This document shows, piece by piece, positions 8,662 to 19,630 of a stretch of 64,000 nt of DNA. Where the stretch lies: contig AQSA01000008.1 in NCBI GenBank assembly GCA_000402815.1, forward strand, positions 1,592-65,591, given 5' to 3'. The notes under the pieces were generated by a model. It worked only from the letters and a program-made list of their open reading frames with translations. It had not been told where the DNA came from and ran no database searches. Each line of letters starts with the position of its first letter. The stretch's first letter is position 1. Both the position numbers and the translations under genes were made by a program. The stretch is from Candidatus Neomarinimicrobium atlanticum. Lineage in GTDB: Bacteria; Fidelibacterota; Marinisomatia; Marinisomatales; Marinisomataceae.

Positions 8662-10119
8662 ATGGTAAACAGAGATTTAATTGAAATTTTTATTGAATTA
8701 GCGAGAGAAAAAAATATTGAGCGTTCTGAATTAGGAACAATTATTGAACAGCTTTTTTTATTTATTATTGATAAAGAAAAAGGCGAATCTGACAATTGTA
8801 GTGTAATTGTAAATCTAGATAAAGGTGAAATTGAAATTTATGTAGAAAAAACTATTGTGGAAGAAGTAGATGATGACCACTTCGATATCACTCTTGAAAG
8901 AGCTCTAGAGCTTGAACCAGAGCTTGTAGATTTAAAACTAGGAGATACTTTTGTAGAAGTCGTTGATCCAGCAAACTTTGGAAGAAGATTGGTTGCTAAT
9001 GCTAGACAGTTCTTAAATAAAAGAACGCGTGAAGTTCAACAGCAGTATATATACGAAGACTATGTCCAAAGAATAGGTGAAGTGATTATTGGTACTGTTC
9101 ATCAAGTACATAGAGAAAATACCTTTGTAAATATTGAACAAACTGAACTTAGAATGCCTCGAAATGAGCAAATTTTTTCAGAGAGATTTAGAAGAGGAGA
9201 TACGATTAGAGCGCTTGTAAAAGCAGTTGAGGTTACTCCAAAAGGTCCAGACATTTTAATATCAAGAAGTGATGACTTATTTCTATACAAATTATTTGAA
9301 ATGGAAGTTCCTGAAATTGAAGATGGTATTATTGAGATTAAAGGAATTGCTAGAAAGCCTGGAGAAAGAAGTAAGATTATTGTTCATTCTATTGACAAGA
9401 GAATTGATGCGGTTGGTGCCTGTGTAGGTATGAGAGGAAGTCGTATTCAATCTGTTGTTAGAGAATTAAACAATGAGAAAATAGATATTGTGAATTATAC
9501 AGAAAAATCTGAAGTATTTATTACTAGAGCTTTATCACCAGCTAAACCTATTGATTTATATATAGACGATGATAGGAACTATTGTGTTGCAATTTTTGAT
9601 GAAGGTGGTTTAGAAAATGCTGTTGGAAGAAGTGGTGTAAATATTAATTTAGCTTCTAAGTTAACAGGCTTTACAATCGACGCATACACTAAAGAAGAAT
9701 ATGACGAAGTCCTAGTAAATCAGAAAACCAATCTTGACACTTTTAAAGGTATTAAAAAAGGTGTATTGAAGAAATTAGCTGGCGCTGATATTAATAGTGT
9801 CGCAGACTATTTAGGAACAAAAAAGTTTGTTCTTGTCGATGAGCTAGATCTTACTGGAGATGAAATTAACTCCATAAGTGCTGTTGTAAATACTTTTATT
9901 AGTAGAAATGATGAACCAGAAGAAGTCGAGATAGAAGAAGCTCCTGCTGAACAGCAAGTTGAAGAAGTTGTAGCCGAAGAAGTTGCTACTGAAGAACAAG
10001 TTGAAGAAACTGCCATTGAAGAAGAAGTTGCAGTAGAAGAAATTCCTACTGAAGAACAAGTTGAAGAAGTTGTAGCTGAAGAAGCTCCTACTGAAGAACA
10101 AGCTGAAGAGGAAAAATAA
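8662..10119 (+). CDS. nusA: Transcription termination/antitermination factor NusA, with a repetitive acidic C-terminal tail
   Basis: NusA N-terminal domain, S1 ('GEVIIGTVHQVHRENTFVNI') and KH1/KH2 ('KIIVHSIDKRIDAVGACVGMRGSRIQSVVRELNNEKIDIV') blocks. Sits in the conserved position upstream of infB. Confidence 0.95.
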   Translation: MVNRDLIEIFIELAREKNIERSELGTIIEQLFLFIIDKEKGESDNCSVIVNLDKGEIEIYVEKTIVEEVDDDHFDITLERALELEPELVDLKLGDTFVEVVDPANFGRRLVANARQFLNKRTREVQQQYIYEDYVQRIGEVIIGTVHQVHRENTFVNIEQTELRMPRNEQIFSERFRRGDTIRALVKAVEVTPKGPDILISRSDDLFLYKLFEMEVPEIEDGIIEIKGIARKPGERSKIIVHSIDKRIDAVGACVGMRGSRIQSVVRELNNEKIDIVNYTEKSEVFITRALSPAKPIDLYIDDDRNYCVAIFDEGGLENAVGRSGVNINLASKLTGFTIDAYTKEEYDEVLVNQKTNLDTFKGIKKGVLKKLAGADINSVADYLGTKKFVLVDELDLTGDEINSISAVVNTFISRNDEPEEVEIEEAPAEQQVEEVVAEEVATEEQVEETAIEEEVAVEEIPTEEQVEEVVAEEAPTEEQAEEEK

Positions 10120-10122
10120 TAC

Positions 10123-12468
10123 ATGACTGATTCTATTAGAATTTTTCAGCTTGCAAAAGAGCTGAACATATCTCATAATGATATTGTTGATTTTCTAAAA
10201 TCAAAAGGAATATCTGTTACAAGTCACATGTCACCAATTGACGGCAAAACTCAGCAAGTTGTATATACTGAGTTTGCAAAAGATAGACAGTCTGCGGAAA
10301 GAGATAGGAAAGAGCAGGTTAGAAAAGAAATACATGACTCTAAGGTAGTTATGGAGACAAAATCTGTTAAAAAATTCAAAATCATGTCAGTTCAAGATCA
10401 AAGAGAACAAGACAAAGTAAAAAAAGCCAGAATCAAAGAACAGCAAGAAGAAGTAAAGACATCAGATACAAAACCAGAACAGGTTTCTGAAGTTAAAAAA
10501 CCTAAGAAAAAATTAAGAAAAATTACATTAAGAGAACCTTCTTCATCTCTAGATAAAAAAGAGATAAAGAAAGATAAGGAAGCAATTAAAAAAGATACTT
10601 CTGCTGTAAAAAGATTAAAAAAGACTTTAGCATCAATGGATTCAAGTCCAAAAAAGAAATCTTATAAAAAAGCTAAGAAAGATTCTGAAGGAGATTTAAA
10701 CGATAGTCCTAGATCAATAGAGTTGGCAGAATATGCTAGTATTGATGAGATAGCAAAAGTTTTAGATGTAAGTACCAGTGAAGTCATTGGAAAATGCTTA
10801 CAGATAGGAGTTTTAGCTACGGTAAATCAACGATTAGAATGGGATATAATTGAGTTAATTGCTGGCGAATATGATGTAGAGTTAAGTAAGTATGAAGAAG
10901 TAGTAGATGATTTGTTTGTTATGGCTCATACAGAAAAGGAATTAGCAGATGCAACCAGTCGTGCACCCGTTGTAACAATCATGGGCCATGTTGATCATGG
11001 TAAAACATCTATATTAGATTATATAAGAGAAACAAAAGTAGCAGCAGGTGAATCTGGTGGTATAACTCAGAGAGTTGGAGCGTATCAAGTTGATCATAAT
11101 GGTAATAAAATTACATTCTTAGATACTCCTGGACACGAAGCTTTTACAGCAATGAGAGCAAGGGGAGCACAATCTACTGACATTGTAATTCTTGTTGTTG
11201 CTGCAGATGACAGTGTTATGCCTCAAACTTTAGAAGCTATTAACCATTCTAAGGCAGCAGAAGTACCAATTGTTGTTGCTATAAATAAAATTGATAAGCC
11301 TGGATCTGATCCAGACACTGTTAAAAGAGAATTGTCTGAAAAAGACGTATTAGTTGAAGATTGGGGCGGTAAAATTCAATCCGTACACACTTCTGCTATT
11401 ACAGGTGAAGGTATTGATGCATTGATGGAAGCAATTCTATTAGAGGCTGAAGTGTTAGATCTGAAAGCAAATGCTAAGATTGAATGTAAGGGAACAGTAA
11501 TTGATTCTAAATTAGATAAAGGTTTAGGTGCTATAGCAACTGTTTTAATTCAAAAAGGTACTTTAAGAATAGGAACCCCATTTATTTGTAATAATTATCC
11601 AGGAAAAGTTCGTGCAATCATGAATGAAAGAGGTGAACGTATTAAAACAGCCGAACCTTCAGATGCAGTGCAAATCCTTGGATTTGATCAAGTTCCTCAA
11701 TCTGGAGATATTTTTGCAGAAGTAAGCAATGAATCAGATCTGAAAAAGATTGCAAACGAAAGACAAAGAATTAAAAGAGAGATTGACTTACAAATGGTTC
11801 AAAAAACCTCGTTAGATAGTATATCTGCTCAGATTAAAGAAGGTGATGTTAATAATTTGAATATTATTATAAAGGCAGATTCTGATGGGTCTATTGAAGC
11901 TCTAATACAGAGTTTAGAAAAGATCAACAATGAAGAAGTTGGAGTTGATATTGTACATAGAGGAGTCGGTAATGTAAGTGACTCCGATGTATTATTAGCT
12001 CAAGCATCTAAAGCTGTTGTAATAGGTTTTGGTGTTCAAATACCGTCTAATACAAGATTATTAGCTAATCAAAGTAATGTTGAAATTAGAGCATATAATA
12101 TCATTTATCAGGTTGTTGAAGATGTAAAATTAGCTGTTGAAGGTCTATTAAGACCAGATCTGGTAGAAGAGGTGCTTGGAGAAGCTGTTGTTAAGGAATC
12201 ATTCAAGATTCCAAAAATTGGTTTTATTGCTGGTTCGCAAGTTGAAAGTGGAAAAATCACTAGAGACTGTTTCGTTAGGCTTATAAGAGAAGACGAAGAA
12301 TTAATATCAAAAGGAAAGCTAGTATCATTGAAGCGTTTTAAAGATGATGTCAATAGCGTTGATTCTGGTTTGGAGTGTGGAATTGCTGTTGAAGGTGTTA
12401 AGAAATACTTTCCTGGAGATAGAATTGTAGCATATAAAATAAATGAGATTAAAAGAAAACTATCATAA
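10123..12468 (+). CDS. infB: Translation initiation factor IF-2
   Basis: GTPase motifs 'GHVDHGKTS', 'DTPGHEAF', 'NKID'; Lys-rich N-terminal region; nusA-infB-rbfA synteny. Confidence 0.95.
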   Translation: MTDSIRIFQLAKELNISHNDIVDFLKSKGISVTSHMSPIDGKTQQVVYTEFAKDRQSAERDRKEQVRKEIHDSKVVMETKSVKKFKIMSVQDQREQDKVKKARIKEQQEEVKTSDTKPEQVSEVKKPKKKLRKITLREPSSSLDKKEIKKDKEAIKKDTSAVKRLKKTLASMDSSPKKKSYKKAKKDSEGDLNDSPRSIELAEYASIDEIAKVLDVSTSEVIGKCLQIGVLATVNQRLEWDIIELIAGEYDVELSKYEEVVDDLFVMAHTEKELADATSRAPVVTIMGHVDHGKTSILDYIRETKVAAGESGGITQRVGAYQVDHNGNKITFLDTPGHEAFTAMRARGAQSTDIVILVVAADDSVMPQTLEAINHSKAAEVPIVVAINKIDKPGSDPDTVKRELSEKDVLVEDWGGKIQSVHTSAITGEGIDALMEAILLEAEVLDLKANAKIECKGTVIDSKLDKGLGAIATVLIQKGTLRIGTPFICNNYPGKVRAIMNERGERIKTAEPSDAVQILGFDQVPQSGDIFAEVSNESDLKKIANERQRIKREIDLQMVQKTSLDSISAQIKEGDVNNLNIIIKADSDGSIEALIQSLEKINNEEVGVDIVHRGVGNVSDSDVLLAQASKAVVIGFGVQIPSNTRLLANQSNVEIRAYNIIYQVVEDVKLAVEGLLRPDLVEEVLGEAVVKESFKIPKIGFIAGSQVESGKITRDCFVRLIREDEELISKGKLVSLKRFKDDVNSVDSGLECGIAVEGVKKYFPGDRIVAYKINEIKRKLS

Positions 12469-12470
12469 AG

Positions 12471-12818
12471 TTGAATACTAAACCATTTTCAAGATCAGAG
12501 CGCGTTGAACAACAAGTTTTAAAAACTATTAATCAAATTTTATCTAAAGATTTAGATTTGAGAAAATATGGTTTTTTAACTTTTTCAGACGTTAAAATGA
12601 CTTCAGATTTAAAGCACGCAAATTTATTTTATAGTATTATAAATCCCACCAAGGACTTAAAGATTATCAATAAAGAATTAAATTTACTAGTTCCCACATT
12701 TAGGAAGTATTTATCAACATCTCTGAAATTAAGGTCAACACCTACATTAAGATTTATTTATGACGACTCTTTTGAGCAATTTCAGAAAATAAATGAATTA
12801 ATGAAAAAAATTGACTAG
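12471..12818 (+). CDS. rbfA: Ribosome-binding factor A
   Basis: TTG start; size and position after infB; 'RSERVEQQVLKTINQIL' and 'LRSTPTLRFIYDDS' blocks. Confidence 0.85.
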   Translation: MNTKPFSRSERVEQQVLKTINQILSKDLDLRKYGFLTFSDVKMTSDLKHANLFYSIINPTKDLKIINKELNLLVPTFRKYLSTSLKLRSTPTLRFIYDDSFEQFQKINELMKKID

Positions 12819-12820
12819 TT

Positions 12821-13462
12821 ATGATATATAATATTTATAAGCCTAAAGATTTTTCTTCTTTTAGCATTGTGAAGCAAGTTAAGAGAATTACTCGTGAAAA
12901 AGTAGGGCACTCTGGTACATTAGACCCATTCGCTGATGGTGTTCTAGTATTAGGTGTTGGAAAATCAACTAAAAAGCTGTCAGATATAATACAATACGAC
13001 AAGACATATAAGGGTATAGTTAGATTAGGGGAAAAAACTGATACAAAAGATCTTACAGGTACAGTGATAGAAGATAAAGAAGTTCCAAATTTTGATAGTA
13101 TTAACTTTGAAAAAATATCTGAATCATTTTTAGGTGTTCAGATGCAGGAAACTCCAATGTATTCAGCAAGAAAAGTAAATGGTGTTAGGCTTTACAAGCT
13201 AGCTAGAAAAAATATTTCAGTAAAAAGAAACCCCAAACAGATAGAGATCAAGTATTTAAAATGTATTCTAATTGATAGCAATACATTAGAAATACAAGTA
13301 GAGTGTTCATCTGGAACTTATATTAGAGTGTTAGCAGAAGATATAGCAAAAAAAATCGGTACAATTGGTCATTTAATAAAATTAACTCGAACAACAGTAG
13401 GAACATTTTCATTGGATGATTCACTCACAGTAGAAAAATTTGAGGAACAATGGAAATTATAA
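12821..13462 (+). CDS. truB: tRNA pseudouridine(55) synthase TruB (short form, apparently no PUA domain)
   Basis: Catalytic motif 'KVGHSGTLDPFADGVLVLGVG'; 'PMYSARKVNGVRLYKLAR'; 'SSGTYIRVLAEDI'. Confidence 0.9.
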   Translation: MIYNIYKPKDFSSFSIVKQVKRITREKVGHSGTLDPFADGVLVLGVGKSTKKLSDIIQYDKTYKGIVRLGEKTDTKDLTGTVIEDKEVPNFDSINFEKISESFLGVQMQETPMYSARKVNGVRLYKLARKNISVKRNPKQIEIKYLKCILIDSNTLEIQVECSSGTYIRVLAEDIAKKIGTIGHLIKLTRTTVGTFSLDDSLTVEKFEEQWKL

Positions 13463-14400
13463 GATCAATTGATGATATGAAGACATTGGACTCTTCTGTA
13501 GTAACTGTAGGTAATTATGATGGTATTCATCTAGGCCATCAAGACGTATTGAAGCACATTATATCAGTAGGTAAAAATGAGAATATTCCTTCTTGTTTGA
13601 TAACATTTGATCCAAACCCAGCATATATTTTGTCGAAAAGTAGTAAGCCAATGAATTTACAAGATATCGATTCAAAGCTTGCAGTGCTTGAAGAGATGGG
13701 TCTTGATAAAGTTTTAGTTATTCCTTTTACTTTAAATTTTTCCCGAATGTCTGCAGAAGATTTTTCAGACAATGTAATTAAGAAGTTGTTTAACCCTAAG
13801 TTGATTTCTGTTGGAGAGAATCATTACTTTGGTTTTAATAAAAAGGGAGATTTAGCATTTTTAACTGATTTTTGCCACAAAAATGAAATTGAACTACACA
13901 CTCCTGAAATAAGAATGTTAAATGGAAAACCAATTTCAAGTACACTAACTAGAGGATTGATTTATGATGGACTATTAGATCAAGTTCCATCATTATTAGG
14001 AAAATTTTATGGCTTTAATGTAGTAACTGTGCATGGATCAAATAGGGGAAAATCCATGAATTATCCTACTGCAAATTTTATTCCCCTAAGTAAATATCAG
14101 ATGATTCCCGAAGGTGGAGTGTACCTTTCAAGAGTGTTTATAGACGGAGAATACTACTTTGGAATGACAAATATTGGATATAGACCAACATTTAATGAAA
14201 AAAAATTTGTTATGGAAGTTCACATTTTATCTGATAAATTCAGCGACTTATACGATGAAAGTTTTTATATCGAATTTTTACACAAGATTCGAAATGAAAA
14301 AAAGTTTGAAAGTAGAGATTACTTAATCAAGCAGATTGAAGACGATAAGGAAGTATGTATTAAATTGATAGATTCTTTTAAGGAGAAATATGAAGTATAG
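13450..14400 (+). CDS. ribF: Bifunctional riboflavin kinase / FAD synthetase
   Basis: 'VVTVGNYDGIHLGHQ' (FAD synthetase nucleotidyltransferase) and the C-terminal riboflavin kinase block 'GSNRGKSMNYPTAN..EVHIL'. Confidence 0.9.
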   Translation: MEIIRSIDDMKTLDSSVVTVGNYDGIHLGHQDVLKHIISVGKNENIPSCLITFDPNPAYILSKSSKPMNLQDIDSKLAVLEEMGLDKVLVIPFTLNFSRMSAEDFSDNVIKKLFNPKLISVGENHYFGFNKKGDLAFLTDFCHKNEIELHTPEIRMLNGKPISSTLTRGLIYDGLLDQVPSLLGKFYGFNVVTVHGSNRGKSMNYPTANFIPLSKYQMIPEGGVYLSRVFIDGEYYFGMTNIGYRPTFNEKKFVMEVHILSDKFSDLYDESFYIEFLHKIRNEKKFESRDYLIKQIEDDKEVCIKLIDSFKEKYEV

Positions 14401-14659
14401 TAAAGAAACAAGTAAGATTATCCAAGACGCAGGTCTTGATGCTAGTAACGTTGGTAGTAGTGAAGCGCAAATTGCACTTCTTACAGATCGTATTAGATCA
14501 TTGACTGAACATGTAAAGTTACATAAGAAAGATGTTCATTCAAGACATGGTTTAGTTAAGCTCGTATCACAAAGAAGAAAACAATTGAAGTATTTAAGAA
14601 AAACTAAACTAGATAGCTATGATACATTAATCACGAAGCTATCAATAAGAGGATTATAA
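14390..14659 (+). CDS. rpsO: 30S ribosomal protein S15
   Basis: 89 aa; 'GSSEAQIALLTDRIRSLTEHVKLHKKDVHSRHGL..RRKQLKYL'; located upstream of pnp. Confidence 0.95.
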   Translation: MKYSKETSKIIQDAGLDASNVGSSEAQIALLTDRIRSLTEHVKLHKKDVHSRHGLVKLVSQRRKQLKYLRKTKLDSYDTLITKLSIRGL

Positions 14660-14669
14660 AGAAGAAAAT

Positions 14670-16745
14670 ATGATAAAAGTAGAAAAGAATATAGCAGGCC
14701 GACTATTAAAAATTGAATCAGGCCAAATAGCAAGACAAGCGGGTGGATCCGTATTTATTACGTATGGAGATACTGCAATGCTTGCAGCAGTTTGTTGTTC
14801 ATCTGAACCGAGAGAAGGTATAAACTTTCTTCCAATGCAGGTTGAATATAGAGAAAAACATTATGCGGGTGGAAAAATACCCGGAGGTTTCTTTAAGAGA
14901 GAGGCGAAACCAACAGATGCTGAAGTTTTAACTTCACGTTTAACGGATCGTCCAATTAGACCTTTAATTCCTAAGAATTATAGAAACGAACTACAGATTA
15001 TGTTAACCACAATGTCTTATGACGGTGTAAATACACCTGATGTAGTAGCAGCGATTGGTGCTTCTGCGGCATTGTTATTATCACCAGTACCATTTGACGG
15101 TCCAATAGCTTCTGTTAAAGTTGGATTAGTTGACGGAGAATATGTTTTAAATCCTACGCTAGAACAAATGGAATCATCCGATTTAGATTTGATGGTAACC
15201 GGTAAAAAAGATAAAATTTGTATGATTGAAGGTGGTTCTAACTTTGTTCCTGAAAAAACAATTTTAGAAGCATTGGATATTGCAATGGATGGTATTAATG
15301 ATATTGTAGATCTTCAAATGGAATTTTCAGAACATTTTGATAATTCTTATGAGATTGTTGACAATACAGTAATAACTGACGAAGTAATTAAATCTCTTGA
15401 AGATTCATTTGCAGATCAAATAGAAAAATTACTTGATATGGATTCTAAACAAGCAATGGATGTTGCATACAACGAAATTGTAAAAGAAGCTTCGACTCCA
15501 CATGAAGAAGATGAAAAAATGTATTCTGAAGTTAAAGAGTATGTTAAAACTATGTTTAAAAATGCAGTTAGAAAAACTGCCTTAGAGAAAAAAGTGAGAG
15601 TTGATGGTAGAGGATTAGATGATATTAGACCAATTAGTATTGTTCCATCATTATTACCTCGCGTTCACGGATCTGCATTATTTACTCGAGGTGAAACGCA
15701 AGCAATTGCTGCGCTTACTTTAGGTAATGCTAGAGATGAACAAATTATCGATTCAATGGCAAGTGATTACAAGAAATCATTCATGCTACACTACAATTTC
15801 CCTCCTTATTGTGTGGGAGAAACTGGAAGAATTGGTTTTACAAATAGAAGAGAGATTGGTCATGGCCATTTAGCTGAAAGATCGCTAAAACCTATACTAC
15901 CTTCATCTGAAGAGTTTCCTTATACAATTCGCGTTGTATCAGAAATTACAGAATCAAATGGATCTTCTTCCATGGCATCAGTTTGTGGTGGCTCTTTAGC
16001 TATGATGAACGCTGGAGTGCCTATTAAAGAGCATGTTGCTGGTATTGCAATGGGATTAATCACCGACGGTGAAAATCATGCAGTATTAAGTGATATCTTG
16101 GGAACTGAAGATTTTTATGGAGACATGGACTTCAAAGTTGCTGGAACTAAGGATGGAATTAGCGCTATTCAATTAGATTTAAAAGTTCCTGGATTACCAA
16201 TGGAAATTTTATCTATGGCATTAGAGCAAGCAAATAAAGGTAGATTGCATATTCTTGATGAGATGAATAAAGCAATAAGTACTCCAAATGCATTGTCTCA
16301 ATATGCACCTCAGATTGAATCATTTAAAATTGATAAAGAAAAAATTGGAGCTCTTATTGGTCCAGGTGGAAAAAACATTAAAGCTATTCAAGAAAGAGCT
16401 GAATGTGTTATCAATATTGAAGATGATGGAACCGTTAGTGTATCAGCGGCAGATAAAGCAGCACTAGATAATGCTATAGCTCAAGTTAAAGCAGTTACTG
16501 AAGATCCGAAAGTCGGTACTGTTTTTGATGGTAAAGTTACAAAGCTAATGGAATTCGGTGCTTTTGTAGAATTTGCTCCAGGACGTGAAGGTTTAGTACA
16601 TATATCACAATTAGCTTGGGAAAGAGTTAATAAAGTGAGTGATGTATTATCAGTAGGAGATGCTGTAAAAATCAAATTATTTGAAATTGATAAGCAGGGT
16701 CGTTTAAACTTTAGCATGAAATTGCTAATGGATAAACCTGAATAA
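14670..16745 (+). CDS. pnp: Polyribonucleotide nucleotidyltransferase (PNPase)
   Basis: Two RNase PH domains, then a KH ('KIGALIGPGGKNIKAIQE') and an S1 domain ('VGTVFDGKVTKLMEFGAFVEF'). Confidence 0.95.
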   Translation: MIKVEKNIAGRLLKIESGQIARQAGGSVFITYGDTAMLAAVCCSSEPREGINFLPMQVEYREKHYAGGKIPGGFFKREAKPTDAEVLTSRLTDRPIRPLIPKNYRNELQIMLTTMSYDGVNTPDVVAAIGASAALLLSPVPFDGPIASVKVGLVDGEYVLNPTLEQMESSDLDLMVTGKKDKICMIEGGSNFVPEKTILEALDIAMDGINDIVDLQMEFSEHFDNSYEIVDNTVITDEVIKSLEDSFADQIEKLLDMDSKQAMDVAYNEIVKEASTPHEEDEKMYSEVKEYVKTMFKNAVRKTALEKKVRVDGRGLDDIRPISIVPSLLPRVHGSALFTRGETQAIAALTLGNARDEQIIDSMASDYKKSFMLHYNFPPYCVGETGRIGFTNRREIGHGHLAERSLKPILPSSEEFPYTIRVVSEITESNGSSSMASVCGGSLAMMNAGVPIKEHVAGIAMGLITDGENHAVLSDILGTEDFYGDMDFKVAGTKDGISAIQLDLKVPGLPMEILSMALEQANKGRLHILDEMNKAISTPNALSQYAPQIESFKIDKEKIGALIGPGGKNIKAIQERAECVINIEDDGTVSVSAADKAALDNAIAQVKAVTEDPKVGTVFDGKVTKLMEFGAFVEFAPGREGLVHISQLAWERVNKVSDVLSVGDAVKIKLFEIDKQGRLNFSMKLLMDKPE

Positions 16746-16780
16746 TTAAAGATATTTAACCTTAAATAATAAAGTTCAAT

Positions 16781-17881
16781 ATGAAAATTGGCGTTCCTAA
16801 AGAGATTATTTCTCAGGAGTATCGTGTATCGATTAATCCTGAGACAGCAAAGCTTTTAATCGAAAGTTCACACCAATTATTTATTCAAAAAAATGCTGGA
16901 GATGGTAGCGGCTATACAGATCAAGACTACGAAAAACTTGGTTGTACTATAGTCGATACCCCATCTGAAGTTTTTACAAATTCTGACTTAATAGTAAAAG
17001 TTAAAGAGCCTTTGAATGAAGAAGTAGAGATGATGAGAGATAAAATGCTATTTACATATCTCCATCTTAGTTCCTCAAAAGATTTAACTAAAAAACTTCT
17101 CGAGTGTAATGTCACATCGCTTGCGTATGAGACAGTAGTAATAAATAATGAAACTCCAATGTTGAAACCTATGAGTGAAATTGCTGGAAGATTATCATTG
17201 CTAGATGCTATAGAATTACTTAAAAAGAGTAAAGGTGGTAAGGGAAAGCTAATATCAGGTACTTCGCTTTCCGATCCTGCAAATGTGTTAATTATCGGAG
17301 CTGGTATTGTTGGAGTAAATGCTATGCAAATGAGTCTTGGTCTTGGAGCTAATACAACAATCTTAGATATCAACAATGAATTGCTTAGAAGTATCAAAAC
17401 GCAATATCCTGCAGTTAACATAGGTACCTCTTCAAAAGAGCTTATAGAAGGGCTATTACCAATAGCAGACATCGTAATTGGTGCTGTATTAACACCCGGA
17501 GCTAAGCCCCCAACTGTAATAAGCAGAGAAATGCTTTCCTTGATGCAGCCTAAAAGTATATTATCCGATGTTGCAATTGATCAAGGAGGATGTTTTGAAA
17601 CCTCAAAAGTTACTTCTCACAGCGATCCTACATATGAAGTTGATGATATAATTCATTACTGTGTTAGAAATATTCCATCAGCAGTTCCATTTACAGCTAC
17701 AAATGCATTAAATGAGTCTACAAGGCCATTTATAGCCAGATTAGCAAATGATGGGATAGAAGGACTAAAATCTAATACAAACCTACTAATGGCATTAAAT
17801 ACTCATCAGGGACATCTTGTTAATCAAGAAGTTGCAGATGCTCACGATCTAAAATATTCTAGTCCAACTAATATTCTTTAA
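16781..17881 (+). CDS. ald: Alanine dehydrogenase
   Basis: 'MKIGVPKEIISQEYRVSINPE' N-terminus and NAD-binding 'VLIIGAGIVGVNA'; typical length of 366 aa. Confidence 0.9.
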   Translation: MKIGVPKEIISQEYRVSINPETAKLLIESSHQLFIQKNAGDGSGYTDQDYEKLGCTIVDTPSEVFTNSDLIVKVKEPLNEEVEMMRDKMLFTYLHLSSSKDLTKKLLECNVTSLAYETVVINNETPMLKPMSEIAGRLSLLDAIELLKKSKGGKGKLISGTSLSDPANVLIIGAGIVGVNAMQMSLGLGANTTILDINNELLRSIKTQYPAVNIGTSSKELIEGLLPIADIVIGAVLTPGAKPPTVISREMLSLMQPKSILSDVAIDQGGCFETSKVTSHSDPTYEVDDIIHYCVRNIPSAVPFTATNALNESTRPFIARLANDGIEGLKSNTNLLMALNTHQGHLVNQEVADAHDLKYSSPTNIL

Positions 17882-17942
17882 GTACTAGCATTAAAAACAA
17901 CTTTAATCGCTTGTTTTTTTCTTAAAAAAATAATAACCTAAA

Positions 17943-18293
17943 GTGATGCTTGAATCTACAACAAAGCTATATTATAGTATTAAAGAAGTAAGTGAACTGA
18001 CTAGCCTTAAACCTTATGTTTTAAGATATTGGGAGTCAGAATTTCCATCTTTAAAACCATCCAAAAATAAAGCAGGTAATAGAACCTATAAAAAGAATGA
18101 CATTAATGTGATACTTGAGATTAAGAAATTACTTTATGACAAAAAATTTACTATTAAAGGCGCAATAGAGGAATTGAAAAGTGGCCATACTACTAAATCT
18201 GATTCGCCTAAAATGAGTAATAAAGATATTTCTGTGCTTGTAGAGATTCGCAATGAACTAAAAAGTATATTGAATGAACTAAATAGGCATTAG
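17943..18293 (+). CDS. MerR-family HTH transcriptional regulator
   Basis: 'YYSIKEVSELTSLKPYVLRYWESEFPSLKP..GNRTYKKNDINVILEIKKLL' matches the MerR N-terminal HTH pattern. GTG start, or the ATG one codon later. Confidence 0.7.
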   Translation: MMLESTTKLYYSIKEVSELTSLKPYVLRYWESEFPSLKPSKNKAGNRTYKKNDINVILEIKKLLYDKKFTIKGAIEELKSGHTTKSDSPKMSNKDISVLVEIRNELKSILNELNRH

Positions 18294-18297
18294 ATAT

Positions 18298-19524
18298 ATG
18301 GATTCCTCAATAATTCTTACTTACGCAATTCCATTCTTTTTATTATTAATCCTTATCGAATTTTCATACGGTGTTATCAAGGGTAAAAACAATTATAGGT
18401 TAAATGATGCTTTGACGAGCTTGTCTTTAGGTCTGATCAGTCGATTTGTTCCGTTATTAGGATTGGGTTTTCAGTATGTAGTTTATAAATACGTTGCTGA
18501 ATATTATAATTTAAAACTATTAAACTTAGAAGATGTATGGGTTTGGATATTTGCTTTTATTCTTTATGATATTTGTTATTATTGGATGCACCGAATACAT
18601 CATGAAGTAAAAGTTTTTTGGGCAACACATGTCGTGCATCATCATGGAGAAGATTTTAATTTAGCAACTGCTTTAAGACAGACAAGTAGTGGTTTTTTAT
18701 GGAAATGGGTGTTCTTTTTACCAATGTTTATTATCGGAGTTCCTCCAGAAGTATATGTTAGTGTTGCTGGAGTTAATCTAGTTTATCAGTTCTGGGTTCA
18801 CACAGAACATGTTGGTAGGTTAGGTTTTCTTGAATATATATTGATTACTCCCTCTAATCATAGAGTTCATCATGCTCAAAATGATGACTATTTAGATGCA
18901 AATTATGGTGGTGTATTCATTCTATGGGATCGAATTTTTGGAACATTTATTGACGAAAGAAAAGATTTAAAACCAGTGTATGGCACTGTAAAACCTTTAA
19001 AGTCGTTTAATCCTTTTTGGGCAAACATTGAAGTTTTCTATCAAATGTTTTTAGATTCTTATCGAACAAAAAATCTTAATGATAAGTTTTATGTTTGGTT
19101 TTCTCCTCCTGGATGGAGACCAGAAGATGTAAAAGTAAAATATCCCCTTAGAAAAAATGATTTAAATAGCTTTGAAAAGTATGACCCACAAATTAGTAAT
19201 CGACAAAAAATATTTGGATTTTTTCAGTTTGCAATGATTAATGCATTAACAGTTATAATGCTCTTTAATATGAATAAGTTTGCTTACACAGAGATGTTAT
19301 CTGTTGCAGCGCTTGTCATAACTTTAGCAATCTCAAACTCTTTTATGCTAGATGGAAAGACATATGCTAGTAAGGTGGAAGTGTTAAGGCTTATTGGTGT
19401 TTTAGCATTCTTATATTTTGGATTTTTTACTAGTTTTACGTATTTAATTTTAGCGCACTCAATTATAGCCTTGGCAGTAATCATATTCTTGTTAAAACCA
19501 GATAATTACGAGCTTGCTTCATAG
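18298..19524 (+). CDS. Fatty-acid hydroxylase / sterol desaturase-family membrane protein with an extra C-terminal multi-TM extension
   Basis: Three histidine boxes 'HRIHHE', 'HVVHHH', 'HRVHHA'. About 130 additional C-terminal residues with hydrophobic helices. Confidence 0.8.
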   Translation: MDSSIILTYAIPFFLLLILIEFSYGVIKGKNNYRLNDALTSLSLGLISRFVPLLGLGFQYVVYKYVAEYYNLKLLNLEDVWVWIFAFILYDICYYWMHRIHHEVKVFWATHVVHHHGEDFNLATALRQTSSGFLWKWVFFLPMFIIGVPPEVYVSVAGVNLVYQFWVHTEHVGRLGFLEYILITPSNHRVHHAQNDDYLDANYGGVFILWDRIFGTFIDERKDLKPVYGTVKPLKSFNPFWANIEVFYQMFLDSYRTKNLNDKFYVWFSPPGWRPEDVKVKYPLRKNDLNSFEKYDPQISNRQKIFGFFQFAMINALTVIMLFNMNKFAYTEMLSVAALVITLAISNSFMLDGKTYASKVEVLRLIGVLAFLYFGFFTSFTYLILAHSIIALAVIIFLLKPDNYELAS

Positions 19525-19557
19525 GAAAAATAATTCTTTAATTTGGTAGCCAACTAG

Positions 19558-19599
19558 AAAGCCTTTTAATATATAATTATTGAGAGGCTTTTTTTTTAT
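19558..19599 (+). terminator. Possible rho-independent terminator
   Basis: 'aaagcct'..'aggcttt' 7-bp stem with a long AT-rich loop, followed by a run of 9 T. The large loop lowers confidence. Confidence 0.4.
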
Positions 19600-19630
19600 T
19601 AACATGATAAAAATAGTGTTAACTTATTAT

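Noticed and set aside
9807-10176. Two >100-aa minus-strand ORFs (9807..10124 and 9844..10176) opposite the nusA 3' end and infB start
   Set aside because: They are Ser/Thr- or Phe/Asn-rich low-complexity translations of the antisense strand of the GAA-rich acidic-tail repeats. They lie entirely inside well-supported genes and are shadow ORFs.
16927-17472. 181-aa minus-strand ORF inside ald, and similar antisense ORFs (3534..3812, 4956..5165, 6069..6254, 7886..8453, 12108..12353, 13539..13772, 16481..16717, 43240..43488, 57138..57689, 60018..60269 and others)
   Set aside because: All are nested antisense to long ORFs with clear conserved motifs. None has an RBS or homology signal. They are typical shadow ORFs.
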